Virus record (IMG/VR): IMGVR_UViG_2869953405_000003
Source of the DNA: a virus
Lineage: Duplodnaviria; Heunggongvirae; Uroviricota; Caudoviricetes
Strand: one strand, 5' to 3'
DNA length: 18,181 bases
The position numbers and the translations under genes were made by a program. Positions 1 through 8,496 of the stretch are shown here, piece after piece. The notes below the pieces were generated by a model. That model saw only the letters and a list, made by a program, of their open reading frames with translations. It was not told the DNA's origin and ran no database searches. Within the stretch, counting starts at the first letter, position 1, and every line of letters begins with the position of its first letter.

Positions 1-16
1 ATGGCGCTCATAAATC

Positions 17-25
17 TGGTATACT
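17..25 (+). promoter_or_regulatory. candidate extended -10 element (TGgTATACT) of the ssrA promoter
   Basis: TG at 17-18 and TATACT at 20-25, about 15 nt upstream of the mature tmRNA 5' end at 40. tmRNA is known to be transcribed as a precursor with a short 5' leader. A -35 element would lie at or beyond the window start. Confidence 0.4.
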
Positions 26-39
26 TACCTTTACACATT

Positions 40-402
40 GGGGCTGATTCTGGATTCGACGGGATTTGCGAAACCCAAGGTGCATGCCGAGGGGCGGTTG
101 GCCTCGTAAAAAGCCGCAAAAAATAGTCGCAAACGACGAAAACTACGCTTTAGCAGCTTAATAACCTGCTTAGAGCCCTCTCTCCCTAGCCTCCGCTCTT
201 AGGACGGGGATCAAGAGAGGTCAAACCCAAAAGAGATCGCGTGGAAGCCCTGCCTGGGGTTGAAGCGTTAAAACTTAATCAGGCTAGTTTGTTAGTGGCG
301 TGTCCGTCCGCAGCTGGCAAGCGAATGTAAAGACTGACTAAGCATGTAGTACCGAGGATGTAGGAATTTCGGACGCGGGTTCAACTCCCGCCAGCTCCAC
401 CA
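40..402 (+). ncRNA. ssrA: tmRNA (SsrA), complete 363-nt gene ending in CCA
   Basis: Sequence from GGGGCTGATTCTGGATTCGAC through GGTTCAACTCCCGCCAGCTCCACCA matches the enterobacterial tmRNA as I recall it. The tag reading frame GCA AAC GAC GAA AAC TAC GCT TTA GCA GCT TAA (ANDENYALAA) lies at 129..161. Confidence 0.95.
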
Positions 403-520
403 CTTTTGACAGGACTGCAACCGGACAGAGACTATAAAAACAGTCACTTACGGACACTGACCAGACAGTAAGCGGACCAGAAAAAGACAAAAATATACAC
501 GCAAAATGCACGTGCATTTC

Positions 521-556
521 AAAAAAGCCTCTGATTATGAAGTCAGAGGCTTTTCT
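521..556. terminator. bidirectional intrinsic terminator hairpin closing the minus-strand tail-fibre operon
   Basis: Stem GCCTCTGA (527-534) pairs with TCAGAGGC (543-550) around an 8-nt loop. A6 lies upstream at 521-526 and TTTT downstream at 551-554, so either strand reads hairpin plus U-tract. It sits 45 nt past the last minus-strand ORF stop at 601. Confidence 0.5.
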
Positions 557-600
557 AGTTGTAAATAAGGGTAACAATTTAACACGATGCAGCTTACCAA

Positions 601-1222
601 TTACGTAACATCAAACGCTCTAATTGTTCCCAAATCCTCCAGACCACTCAGCTCCTCTTTCATTTCACGCTGACGGCGATAAATCTCATCGTTGCGATCG
701 ACCTGCGCCTGCACCATTGCTGCCGCCAGTTCTTCCAGTTCCGGCATCGACAGTTTCACCTGCTGATTATCGGCATCACCCCACGCCATATGCGTTTGTG
801 CTGTGACAGATTTTGCCAGCATGACTACCGGGACAGGCGGCCCAGTGAGTCGGGGCCAGCATTCCAGATACGACCATTCCATTCAAACGTGAACGGCTTC
901 GCCTCCTGTTCTGTGCGCCATGCTTCAATTTCCTGACGTCTGGCCTCTCTGGCCGCTTCCAGCATTTCTGGTGTCACAGTGAATGGGCTATCTCACCCCA
1001 TTTGCCACTTTGCAGTTCCTGCCAGATTCGCTGACCCGTCGGTGCGACATCATCAGCGGTGGCTGTGTAGGGGACTGCCTGGTCCCTGTCGTCAAAAAAA
1101 ACGTCACAGTCTACTGCGCCACTTTCGGTATAACGGGGATTAATGATTTTTTTAATTTCCACGGTGCATTCCTCACGATGTGCGAATAAAAAGCCCGGGC
1201 ATTGCGCCAGAGACATGAGCAT
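601..1222 (-). pseudogene. fragmented coding region, probably the remnant of a second tail-fibre assembly or chaperone gene
   Basis: Coding-like sequence is split over three minus-strand frames: an 82-aa ORF (974..1222), an unlisted open segment PEMLEAAREARRQEIEAWRTEQEAKPFTFEWNGRIWNAGPDSLGRLSR (about 827..992), and a 93-aa ORF (601..882). It lies directly downstream of a fibre gene, where an assembly chaperone is expected. Family not identified. Confidence 0.35.
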
Positions 1223-1300
1223 CCGGCACCCCGGACAGGGCGCTATATGACCCCGGTAATGAATGCTCTGAACATCCCGTAATGAAAAATTGTGGGGATG

Positions 1301-2440
1301 CTATATACGTTCCGGTGGGAGTACTGGGCACTGAAATCCCCACCGGTCCCAGTCGTGAGCCTCTGTATGACTGCCCCTGACAAGTCTGATGACTTTATCA
1401 CCGTCAGCTTCTCCCTGGTACGCAGCAATAATCAGCCCGCCAATGTCAGGGTCTCCCCATCTGTTGCAGACAGAGCTCGCCACGATTCTGTAAATAATAT
1501 CTTCTGTGGTTATATTTATTTTCACCCAGCCAGTCAGTCTGGATATGGGCCAGTAGCAGTAGCGGGTGTGATAAATGGGGCCGTTAATGCCGTAAAAAGT
1601 AAGGGATTTGGCTCTGTACCTCGGTTCTGTTGTCTCAGGGCGTGCATCAGTCCACCGGATGCTGAGCACCCCTTCAAACCGTGTGTCGGGTATGATGATG
1701 TCGTAGGGGCCAGCAACGGAATATTCACCTGGCAGCGCATTCCTTACCCAGGCCAGGAAATCACTCTTAGTGTCAAAACGGATAACATCTTCAGGCAGAA
1801 AAGCACACCCAAAGCCGAATGCGCCGGGTATCGCCAGACGGCCTTTTGTCCGGTCGTAAATGTCGCTCTGTGCTTCCATCGTGGCCGCACTTTTCAGCCC
1901 CAGATTATCCCGGGACTTCTGTTGTGCCTTTTCGCCTGCTGCTGCGATTTCAGACAGATGGTTAGCCGTTTTCAGAGTGCCGGTCAGCGCAGCATCAATG
2001 TCATTTTTGGCCTGCTCTGCTGCGCGGGCATAACCTGCGGCTGCCGCCACATCCTGCGCCGTCTGCTGTGCGTTTCCGGCTGCGGCCCCGGCGCTCTGCT
2101 GCGCCTGCGCCACCATTTCCTCAAAGCGTTTGACGACATCCGGTTTCAGGTCGCCCTCATCAGGAGCAATCAGAAAGTCATTCAGCGTGCCGGGCTTTGA
2201 GTCGTCGTATACAGCAATGTCGCCAACACAGTACTCGTCGCGCCAGTCCCGTTTCAGATACACGCAATATTTTCCGACCTGTGCCTCAAACGAATATTCA
2301 CCGTTATTTCCGGTCACTACATCAGCCCTGGTACGCATCACCACTTCTGAGGTGTTTACACGGGATTTCAGAATAATCTGGCATCCGGACATGGGGATGC
2401 CTGCGCCATCAGTCAGCGCACCTGATATCACTACAGACAT
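1301..2440 (-). CDS. side tail fibre-like protein with lambda Stf-type N-terminal domain and Ala/Gln-rich central region
   Basis: 379-aa ORF. N-terminus MSVVISGALTDGAGIPMSGCQIILKSR...YDDSKPGTLNDFL resembles the conserved N-terminal domain of lambda-type side tail fibres as I recall it. The middle is low-complexity A/Q-rich. It sits in a fibre gene cluster. Confidence 0.7.
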   Translation of the reverse strand: MSVVISGALTDGAGIPMSGCQIILKSRVNTSEVVMRTRADVVTGNNGEYSFEAQVGKYCVYLKRDWRDEYCVGDIAVYDDSKPGTLNDFLIAPDEGDLKPDVVKRFEEMVAQAQQSAGAAAGNAQQTAQDVAAAAGYARAAEQAKNDIDAALTGTLKTANHLSEIAAAGEKAQQKSRDNLGLKSAATMEAQSDIYDRTKGRLAIPGAFGFGCAFLPEDVIRFDTKSDFLAWVRNALPGEYSVAGPYDIIIPDTRFEGVLSIRWTDARPETTEPRYRAKSLTFYGINGPIYHTRYCYWPISRLTGWVKINITTEDIIYRIVASSVCNRWGDPDIGGLIIAAYQGEADGDKVIRLVRGSHTEAHDWDRWGFQCPVLPPERI

Positions 2441-2463
2441 AGTTTTTCTCGCGATAAATTAAA

Positions 2464-3009
2464 TCAGGAAGAACCTTCCGGAGAGACGGACCATTCAATG
2501 GCGTTATATGAGGATTTATCAGTGATGGTGCTGAAATCCATCGCCTGCAGCGATTTCGCGTAAATACGGTACGCTTTCAGTTTTTCCCGGTCTTCGTCGC
2601 TGATTAGCCCCAGCAGCAGGTCTTCTTCCCATTCCCCTGTCCGGGCACTGACCTGAGCCAGAAGGGCATCACGCTCATCTTCCGCTTTGAGTCTGTAGTC
2701 AAAGACAAATTCATCATTGCGGTAAAACCAGTAACCCGGCGCGGTAATGCGGCGGTTGGCGGTAATATCAGGAACTTCAATAACACTGGCGTTACGGGGT
2801 TCAATGCCTGTCACATCCTTACCGACCCACACCACGCGCCCGTCTCCGGTGTAAACCATTTTTATGGTGTCACTGGCAAAGTTCTTCTGTTCTTCATACC
2901 AGTTTTTGCCGTCTTCCGAAAAAAGCCAGGTGACATCATACTGTTTTGTCAGCTGATATTATTCCGCGGTTTTCGGATTACCTGCCGTAATATTTTTTAA
3001 ATGCAACAT
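2464..3009 (-). pseudogene. tail fibre assembly protein (Mu U / Tfa family) with in-frame premature stop
   Basis: ATG at 3009..3007 sits 2 nt after the fibre stop and reads MLHLKNITAGNPKTAE, then TAA at 2961..2959. The same frame continues open (YQLTKQYDVTWLFSEDGKNWYEEQKNFASDTIKM...) into the listed 131-aa ORF. The N-terminus matches the Tfa motif MxHLKNIxAGNPKT..QYQLTK from memory. Confidence 0.75.
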
Positions 3010-3011
3010 TG

Positions 3012-4064
3012 TTAAATACTCGCTACGTTATACCAGGTGCCATTAATCAGTTTTTGCAGCGGTCGGTAATACACGCCGTTGACGTTATCCGCTGAGTTAC
3101 GGCCGGTATCCGATATCGATATCCCTGACAGCCCGTGTCCCGAAGGTGAGCGAAATGTCCACGAAACGGTGTTACTGCCGGGGGGGTAATACATTTCATA
3201 ACCATACCGCACATCCTGCACGCCACCATTTCGCTGCTGGTAACGGGCATCAAAGTTTCCGTAGTCTGACGGTGTTACCCGTCCTGTAACGTTTACAGCT
3301 TTATTACTCTGGATACTGCCACTCTGAAAACGCAACACATGCACGCTATTGGCATAAACATCCAGCAGGCCATCACCATTCTGTTTGAATCCGGTGTCAT
3401 TATCACCAAGAACAATTGAATTCCCCCCCAGGGCGTTCTGAACGCCGATACCCAGCGCACCATTGACCTGCGAACCACCGCCAACAGACACTTTATGCGA
3501 CATGGATATTTCACCCGTCCGCAGATTAATGGTGAACGGGCGCAGGGGACCAATATCGCCATTTTCCCCCTGACCTTCACTGGTGGGAATAAGGTGCAGG
3601 CACTCTTCCGAACGACGAAAAATCAGGCCAAAAGCTTCGTTGAAAATCCTCAGCGCATTAACACCACGGATTTTCAGCTCTCCGGTCATGGTGTCGCCAT
3701 CACGCTGAACGGCATTTTTTGCCTTATCCACCGTGGGTTTTAATCCGAGGTTTTCAACAGCCTCATCCCTGTCTTCCACATCCGAAAGGTTATTTTTTAT
3801 CAGCAATGCCTCTTCGTTAATTGCACCGCCCACCAGCAATAATATAGCCTTATATAGCTGGTCGTGTTCTTCTTTATTCAGTTCTATCCCGGCCTTCTCA
3901 ATGACACCACAGATTTCCTCCTGAATGGCATTCCACATGGCACTGTTCAGCCAGGTAGCAAGACGTCCTGTGCGAAGATTTCCGTCAGTAAATCCGTTCT
4001 TACCCGGACCAAACTTATCTTTTACCGCAGTCAGCGTATCAATCCTGTGCATCTTCATCCTCAT
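3012..4064 (-). CDS. tail fibre protein (Mu S / P2 H-like)
   Basis: 350-aa ORF directly after the gp48-like gene and before the Tfa gene. Gly/Asn/Ser-rich C-terminal half is typical of fibre receptor-binding regions. The start may be one of three nearby Met codons (4064, 4058, 4052). Confidence 0.7.
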   Translation of the reverse strand: MRMKMHRIDTLTAVKDKFGPGKNGFTDGNLRTGRLATWLNSAMWNAIQEEICGVIEKAGIELNKEEHDQLYKAILLLVGGAINEEALLIKNNLSDVEDRDEAVENLGLKPTVDKAKNAVQRDGDTMTGELKIRGVNALRIFNEAFGLIFRRSEECLHLIPTSEGQGENGDIGPLRPFTINLRTGEISMSHKVSVGGGSQVNGALGIGVQNALGGNSIVLGDNDTGFKQNGDGLLDVYANSVHVLRFQSGSIQSNKAVNVTGRVTPSDYGNFDARYQQRNGGVQDVRYGYEMYYPPGSNTVSWTFRSPSGHGLSGISISDTGRNSADNVNGVYYRPLQKLINGTWYNVASI

Positions 4065-4629
4065 CTGGATAGGAAAATAAAACGACGGTGTGTGACGGAC
4101 ATAATTTATTAATCACGCACTCCGCAACCGTATCCCCCCACGTCCGGATCGGTGTGTTGCAGGCGTCCGTGCATGTCTGCCACTGAGCACCGGCATCCAT
4201 CGGCAACGTCACACGCCAGAAATAACGCCAGCGATCTCCCCATTCCGGATCGGGGCTTGCATCCAAGTGCTGGAACTGTTCGATCGTTACGCCGGTATAT
4301 CCCAGCGCCTCAAGCTGATCCAGGAAGAACTGCTCATTTATGCCACCAGCCACATTGGCTTTTGCTTCAAGACGTTGCTGACGCTGGCGTAATGTCTGGG
4401 TTCCGACAGGGGAACAGGAATCAGGTAAACCATACAATTCTTCATAACGTTCAATCAGCTCTGTGGACTGACCGGGATCGATTTCAATCACCAGTTCATC
4501 AGCCCGCTGGTGAACACGCACAAGCGATGGTGCCAGACCGTCAAGTACACCGTCGGTATCTGACCATGCAGGCCCCGGCGGCATCAGTCCGTACAGCAGC
4601 TTTGTATAATCATCCTGTAACGAATCCAT
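4039..4629 (-). CDS. Mu gp48-like tail protein (P2 gpI-like)
   Basis: 196-aa ORF between the baseplate J-like gene and the fibre gene. Position and size match Mu gp48. The start overlaps the upstream gene stop. Confidence 0.7.
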   Translation of the reverse strand: MDSLQDDYTKLLYGLMPPGPAWSDTDGVLDGLAPSLVRVHQRADELVIEIDPGQSTELIERYEELYGLPDSCSPVGTQTLRQRQQRLEAKANVAGGINEQFFLDQLEALGYTGVTIEQFQHLDASPDPEWGDRWRYFWRVTLPMDAGAQWQTCTDACNTPIRTWGDTVAECVINKLCPSHTVVLFSYPDEDEDAQD

Positions 4630-5126
4630 TATTTACTCCTTGCCGGGTCATAAGCCTGCCAGGTGATCTCGCCGAGCACCGGAAGCTCGGTCTCCCCCAG
4701 GTCAATATCCGATGAAGGGACGATTAACCGGTGGGCCACTTCACCAGCAGACAAACTGATGGCCTCACTGATTCTGGACAGATACATACGCCCCTCTGGC
4801 ACACCATCCCGTAACATCAGTGCATTCAGCTCTGCTTTTATTGCAGTCCTGATCTGCGGTGTGTCTTTCGATAATGCAATCGTCATCGGGATGACTTTTT
4901 CTGTGGCACCGAATACATACAATCCGCTTCCGGCAACAGGTGCCAGAGGAAGGATGTGGTCCCTGACTGCGTTAATCACGCTTTCATCCGGGGCCGGGCG
5001 TTCCGGATCGTTTGTCGCCACCATCACGCCAACCGTTCCAGTGCCTTTCCAGTGTCTGAAAGTCCATGCACGGTTAATACCCTGAACTTCTTTCGCCCAG
5101 ATAACATAATCAGGGTCTGCGCCCCC
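4629..5126 (-). pseudogene. baseplate J-like protein (Mu gp47 family), C-terminal part, separated from its N-terminal part by IS1
   Basis: My translation from 5126 downward (GGA DPDYVIWAKEVQGINRAWTFRHWKGTGTVGVMVATNDPERP...) is in the same frame as the upstream fragment 5895..6488 once IS1 and one target-duplication copy are removed. Confidence 0.8.
5118..5126. repeat. 9-bp target-site duplication TGCGCCCCC, left copy, IS1 copy 1
   Basis: Identical 9-mer at 5118..5126 and 5895..5903 immediately flanking the IS1 ends. Confidence 0.9.
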
Positions 5127-5181
5127 GGTGATGCTGCCAACTTACTGATTTAGTGTATGATGGTGTTTTTGAGGTGCTCCA

Positions 5182-5457
5182 GTGGCTTCTGTTTCTATCA
5201 GCTGTCCCTCCTGTTCAGCTACTGACGGGGTGGTGCGTAACGGCAAAAGCACTGCCGGACATCAGCGCTATCTCTGCTCTCACTGCCGTAAAACATGGCA
5301 ACTGCAGTTCACTTACACCGCTTCTCAACCCGGTACGCACCAGAAAATCATTGATATGGCCATGAATGGCGTTGGATGCCGGGCAACTGCACGCATTATG
5401 GGCGTTGGCCTCAACACGATTTTACGTCACTTAAAAAACTCAGGCCGCAGTCGGTAA
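5182..5457 (+). CDS. insA: IS1 InsA
   Basis: 91-aa [46 protein letters not shown]..., the canonical IS1 InsA. Confidence 0.95.
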
Positions 5458-5879
5458 CCTCGCGCATACAGCCGGGCAGTGACGTCATCGTCTGCGCGGA
5501 AATGGACGAACAGTGGGGCTATGTCGGGGCTAAATCGCGCCAGCGCTGGCTGTTTTACGCGTATGACAGTCTCCGGAAGACGGTTGTTGCGCACGTATTC
5601 GGTGAACGCACTATGGCGACGCTGGGGCGTCTTATGAGCCTGCTGTCACCCTTTGACGTGGTGATATGGATGACGGATGGCTGGCCGCTGTATGAATCCC
5701 GCCTGAAGGGAAAGCTGCACGTAATCAGCAAGCGATATACGCAGCGAATTGAGCGGCATAACCTGAATCTGAGGCAGCACCTGGCACGGCTGGGACGGAA
5801 GTCGCTGTCGTTCTCAAAATCGGTGGAGCTGCATGACAAAGTCATCGGGCATTATCTGAACATAAAACACTATCAATAA
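5376..5879 (+). CDS. insB: IS1 InsB frame (expressed as the InsAB' transposase by -1 frameshift)
   Basis: 167-aa ORF in the -1 frame overlapping the insA 3' end. A6C slippery run at 5433..5438. Confidence 0.9.
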
Positions 5880-5894
5880 GTTGGAGTCATTACC

Positions 5895-5903
5895 TGCGCC
5901 CCC
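5895..5903. repeat. 9-bp target-site duplication TGCGCCCCC, right copy, IS1 copy 1
   Basis: Identical to 5118..5126. Confidence 0.9.
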
Positions 5904-6488
5904 CTGTGGAATGTAGTAATAACGTTCCATAACGCGGGCACGCCATATTTCCAGATTTTCAATATCTTCACCGTCTGTAATGGTGTCAGCGTACCCTGTG
6001 GACGGCAGACCACTGACGGGTGTTCCCAGTTGCATGGCAATACCATCATCCGTATTCCCCGCCGATCCCGGTTCGTCTGCCACAACAGGCACCCGGAGAA
6101 GACCATCGGCTGCGGTCACCGTCGCCGTCGTGGTAAAGGTCACCTGATTATCACGCTGGATCTGCGTTCCCGCTGGCAATACCGGCGTCCCCTCTACGCC
6201 ATCCCAGCGCACAAATCCCCGGGCTGCCACCGCTTCTTTTCGCGGGCAGCGTTTGATTCTGGCGTGCCGGTACAGCCAGTCTTCATCACACACGTCCGGT
6301 AACAGATTTCTGGCAAGATAATCGATATACCCGTACAACGTGTGTACGGCTGCAGCCTGTACACGGGCATACACTTCCGCATCCATACGACGAAGCAGCG
6401 TATCCTGCTCAAAGCGGGTTAATAAATCGCTCCGGATCATAGAAATAAGTTGCGGGAGGCCGGGGCGATAAAACTGACTGTCAGCCAT
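5895..6488 (-). pseudogene. baseplate J-like protein (Mu gp47 family), N-terminal part, interrupted by IS1
   Basis: The supplied 224-aa ORF (5814..6488) reads ...WRARVMERYYYIPQGGAG and then runs into the IS1 terminal sequence (GNDSNLL...). Joined to the C-terminal part it gives an intact protein of about 360 aa. Confidence 0.8.
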
Positions 6489-6891
6489 TCAGTTCACTCC
6501 AGATATCATCAAAAATAATGTTGTGAATATTGCCGTCACGCTGGTAAATGGTAATGGCAAGTGCCAGCGAGTCTGTCCCGGTCCGGACAGCGTTAATATC
6601 AAGACGGGAAGCAACACCATCCTCCACCATCCACGCCAGCGCCTCACGGACATAATCTCTGGCAAGCTGCGGGGTTTTATTTGTCAGCTTGCTGCGTCGC
6701 AACAGATACAAACGCGACCCCGTGCGATCATTCTGAACCGCAGGCCAGGTATCCCCCCACCATCCAAATATCCGTGGTGCATCATCACGCCCGGCACGCC
6801 GCCATGTAAAAAGCGAAATAATCACAGCACGCGTCAGAAGGTCGATCGAAGCCCCGGTCGACACGGGTCGCCCGTTAACATTAATCATCAT
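6481..6891 (-). CDS. Mu gp46-like baseplate protein (gp25 / P2 gpW-like)
   Basis: 136-aa ORF in the expected position between the spike and J-like genes. Start overlaps the upstream gene. Confidence 0.7.
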   Translation of the reverse strand: MMINVNGRPVSTGASIDLLTRAVIISLFTWRRAGRDDAPRIFGWWGDTWPAVQNDRTGSRLYLLRRSKLTNKTPQLARDYVREALAWMVEDGVASRLDINAVRTGTDSLALAITIYQRDGNIHNIIFDDIWSELNG

Positions 6892-6896
6892 GATTT

Positions 6897-7430
6897 TCAG
6901 CCCATCGGTTGATCCGGCGTGTCAGTGATCCCGCCACCATCACCATTTTCGGTATGTTTGTGGGCATTGTAGGCCTGCCGCATTTGCTGCATGCTGAGTC
7001 CGCCACTGTCGCAATTGTCAGTAATATCGGCGGTGGATTCGACTGGCATTTCAAAGCGCGCTTTAGGCGCGTTTTTAAAAATTATGGCCTTCCCGGCCCC
7101 GTCCACCACAATACCGGAACGGGTCAGGACAACGGACTGTCCCAGATCGTCATAAAGCGCCACTTCCCCACGTTTCAGTCCTTTCAGCCGGTAACGTCTG
7201 TCAGCCACGACCACAACCACACCATGAGAACGATCGCCCGCCGGAAATAAAGCAACGCCCTCAGCACCGTTCTGTGCGGCAGATGTAAAACCATAAGGTT
7301 CAAGGTGCTCAACGTGTTGTTTCTGATCTCCGGCTATCATTTTCAACCCTACAGACTGACACTTTCTGGCGGAATCCACCGCCGTGATGACAGCCCGGGA
7401 AATCAGATTACGAAGAGAAAACCCGTTCAT
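6897..7430 (-). CDS. baseplate assembly / spike protein (Mu gp45, P2 gpV-like)
   Basis: 177-aa ORF with a Gly-rich C-terminus, positioned after the hub gene as in Mu. Confidence 0.7.
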   Translation of the reverse strand: MNGFSLRNLISRAVITAVDSARKCQSVGLKMIAGDQKQHVEHLEPYGFTSAAQNGAEGVALFPAGDRSHGVVVVVADRRYRLKGLKRGEVALYDDLGQSVVLTRSGIVVDGAGKAIIFKNAPKARFEMPVESTADITDNCDSGGLSMQQMRQAYNAHKHTENGDGGGITDTPDQPMG

Positions 7431-8496
7431 CAGAAATCCTCCTCAACATTTTTTTCTTCCTGGCGGTAACAGGCTCGGGGAGATAAGCATCTGCCGGGCC
7501 AACCCGTAATTCAGTCGTCGTGCCCCGGTCGTCCTGGTTATAGGTAACTTCTGCGATCACCAGTTCATCATTATCAAAATTATTCAGCGGGTCGAAAACG
7601 ATGACAGATAACCCCGGACGCCATAACGCGCCACTGCCCTGCCGCCAGCCCTGAACCGTATATGTTGTCTCACGGGTAAGCGCAGCCCGTTGGCGCGCTT
7701 CAAATTCACAACGGGCCTTACAGGTTGCTGTCGTTGCTGTGCCTGACTGCTGAATCAACAAAGGGCGATAACGGGTCACGCCACTGTCCTGAATGGTCTG
7801 ACGTATTGCGGCAATGGTGGCCTCACCAAAATCATCGTCGTTGCCCGGGCGCTGCCCACTGACCTGATATTCAGAAAACCGCTCTCTGATGCTTCTTTCC
7901 GTGTCACAGGAAAGAATATTCTCTCCCAGCACCAGCACCAGCACCAGCGCCGTCGCCGCTTTACCTGTTCCGGGTTTTCCCAGAACCAGTCGCCCGCATT
8001 CATCGTCATAAGCCAGCGTCTGAACCTGCCCCAGTAACCGGTTAAGACAATCGGCAACGGTTTCGCCGTGTTCCGGCTGGGCATCAATCACCGCTGTCTG
8101 CGGCACGCCAGCATCAACAACGGTGATGCCAAATGGCGCAGCCAGTTCACTGACTATTCTGAGCAGGTTTTTTCCGCTCTGCTGGAGTGGCAAAGCAGAG
8201 CAGTCAACCAGATCGGCTGTTTTGCTTCGCCCGACAATTCCCATGCTGACGCTGCTGGCGTCATAACGAAGCGGTAGTGCCTCCACATATCCGGTGAGCA
8301 CAGGCTCATCCCCGATAAGCACTTCAACCAGCTCACCATTTTTTATCCGGGGTTGATAATCCCGGCTTCCGGGCCAGCGGGTGGTAATGGCAACATTAAA
8401 ATCCCGGGCAATACGGTTAATGCCCGCACTGATACGGACGGATGTCCAGCCGCCCCATTCGCGACCGGAAACCCGAAGTAAAACGGTATCATTCAT
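7408..8496 (-). CDS. baseplate hub / tail protein (Mu gp44, P2 gpD-like)
   Basis: 362-aa ORF. ATGA start/stop overlap with the N-like gene. Size and position match Mu gp44. Confidence 0.7.
   Translation of the reverse strand: MNDTVLLRVSGREWGGWTSVRISAGINRIARDFNVAITTRWPGSRDYQPRIKNGELVEVLIGDEPVLTGYVEALPLRYDASSVSMGIVGRSKTADLVDCSALPLQQSGKNLLRIVSELAAPFGITVVDAGVPQTAVIDAQPEHGETVADCLNRLLGQVQTLAYDDECGRLVLGKPGTGKAATALVLVLVLGENILSCDTERSIRERFSEYQVSGQRPGNDDDFGEATIAAIRQTIQDSGVTRYRPLLIQQSGTATTATCKARCEFEARQRAALTRETTYTVQGWRQGSGALWRPGLSVIVFDPLNNFDNDELVIAEVTYNQDDRGTTTELRVGPADAYLPEPVTARKKKMLRRISDERVFSS

Larger units (their letters stand above)
5127..5894 (+). mobile_element. IS1, complete 768-bp copy
   Basis: Begins GGTGATGCTGCCAACTTACTGAT and ends CACTATCAATAAGTTGGAGTCATTACC. 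Contains insA and insB with the A6C frameshift motif TTAAAAAACTC at 5431..5441. Flanked by a 9-bp direct repeat. Confidence 0.95.

Noticed and set aside
1292-2200. Long plus-strand ORFs (for example 1292..2200, 4152..4715, 4663..5085, 6523..6912, 12279..12704, 13206..13694)
   Set aside because: Each lies antisense to a well-supported minus-strand structural gene and has no RBS or operon context. They are treated as shadow ORFs.
601-4064. Invertible fibre segment (Mu G-segment type) or diversity-generating retroelement acting on the fibre genes
   Set aside because: Both fibre and chaperone pairs are on the same strand, and no invertase or reverse transcriptase ORF is present in the window.
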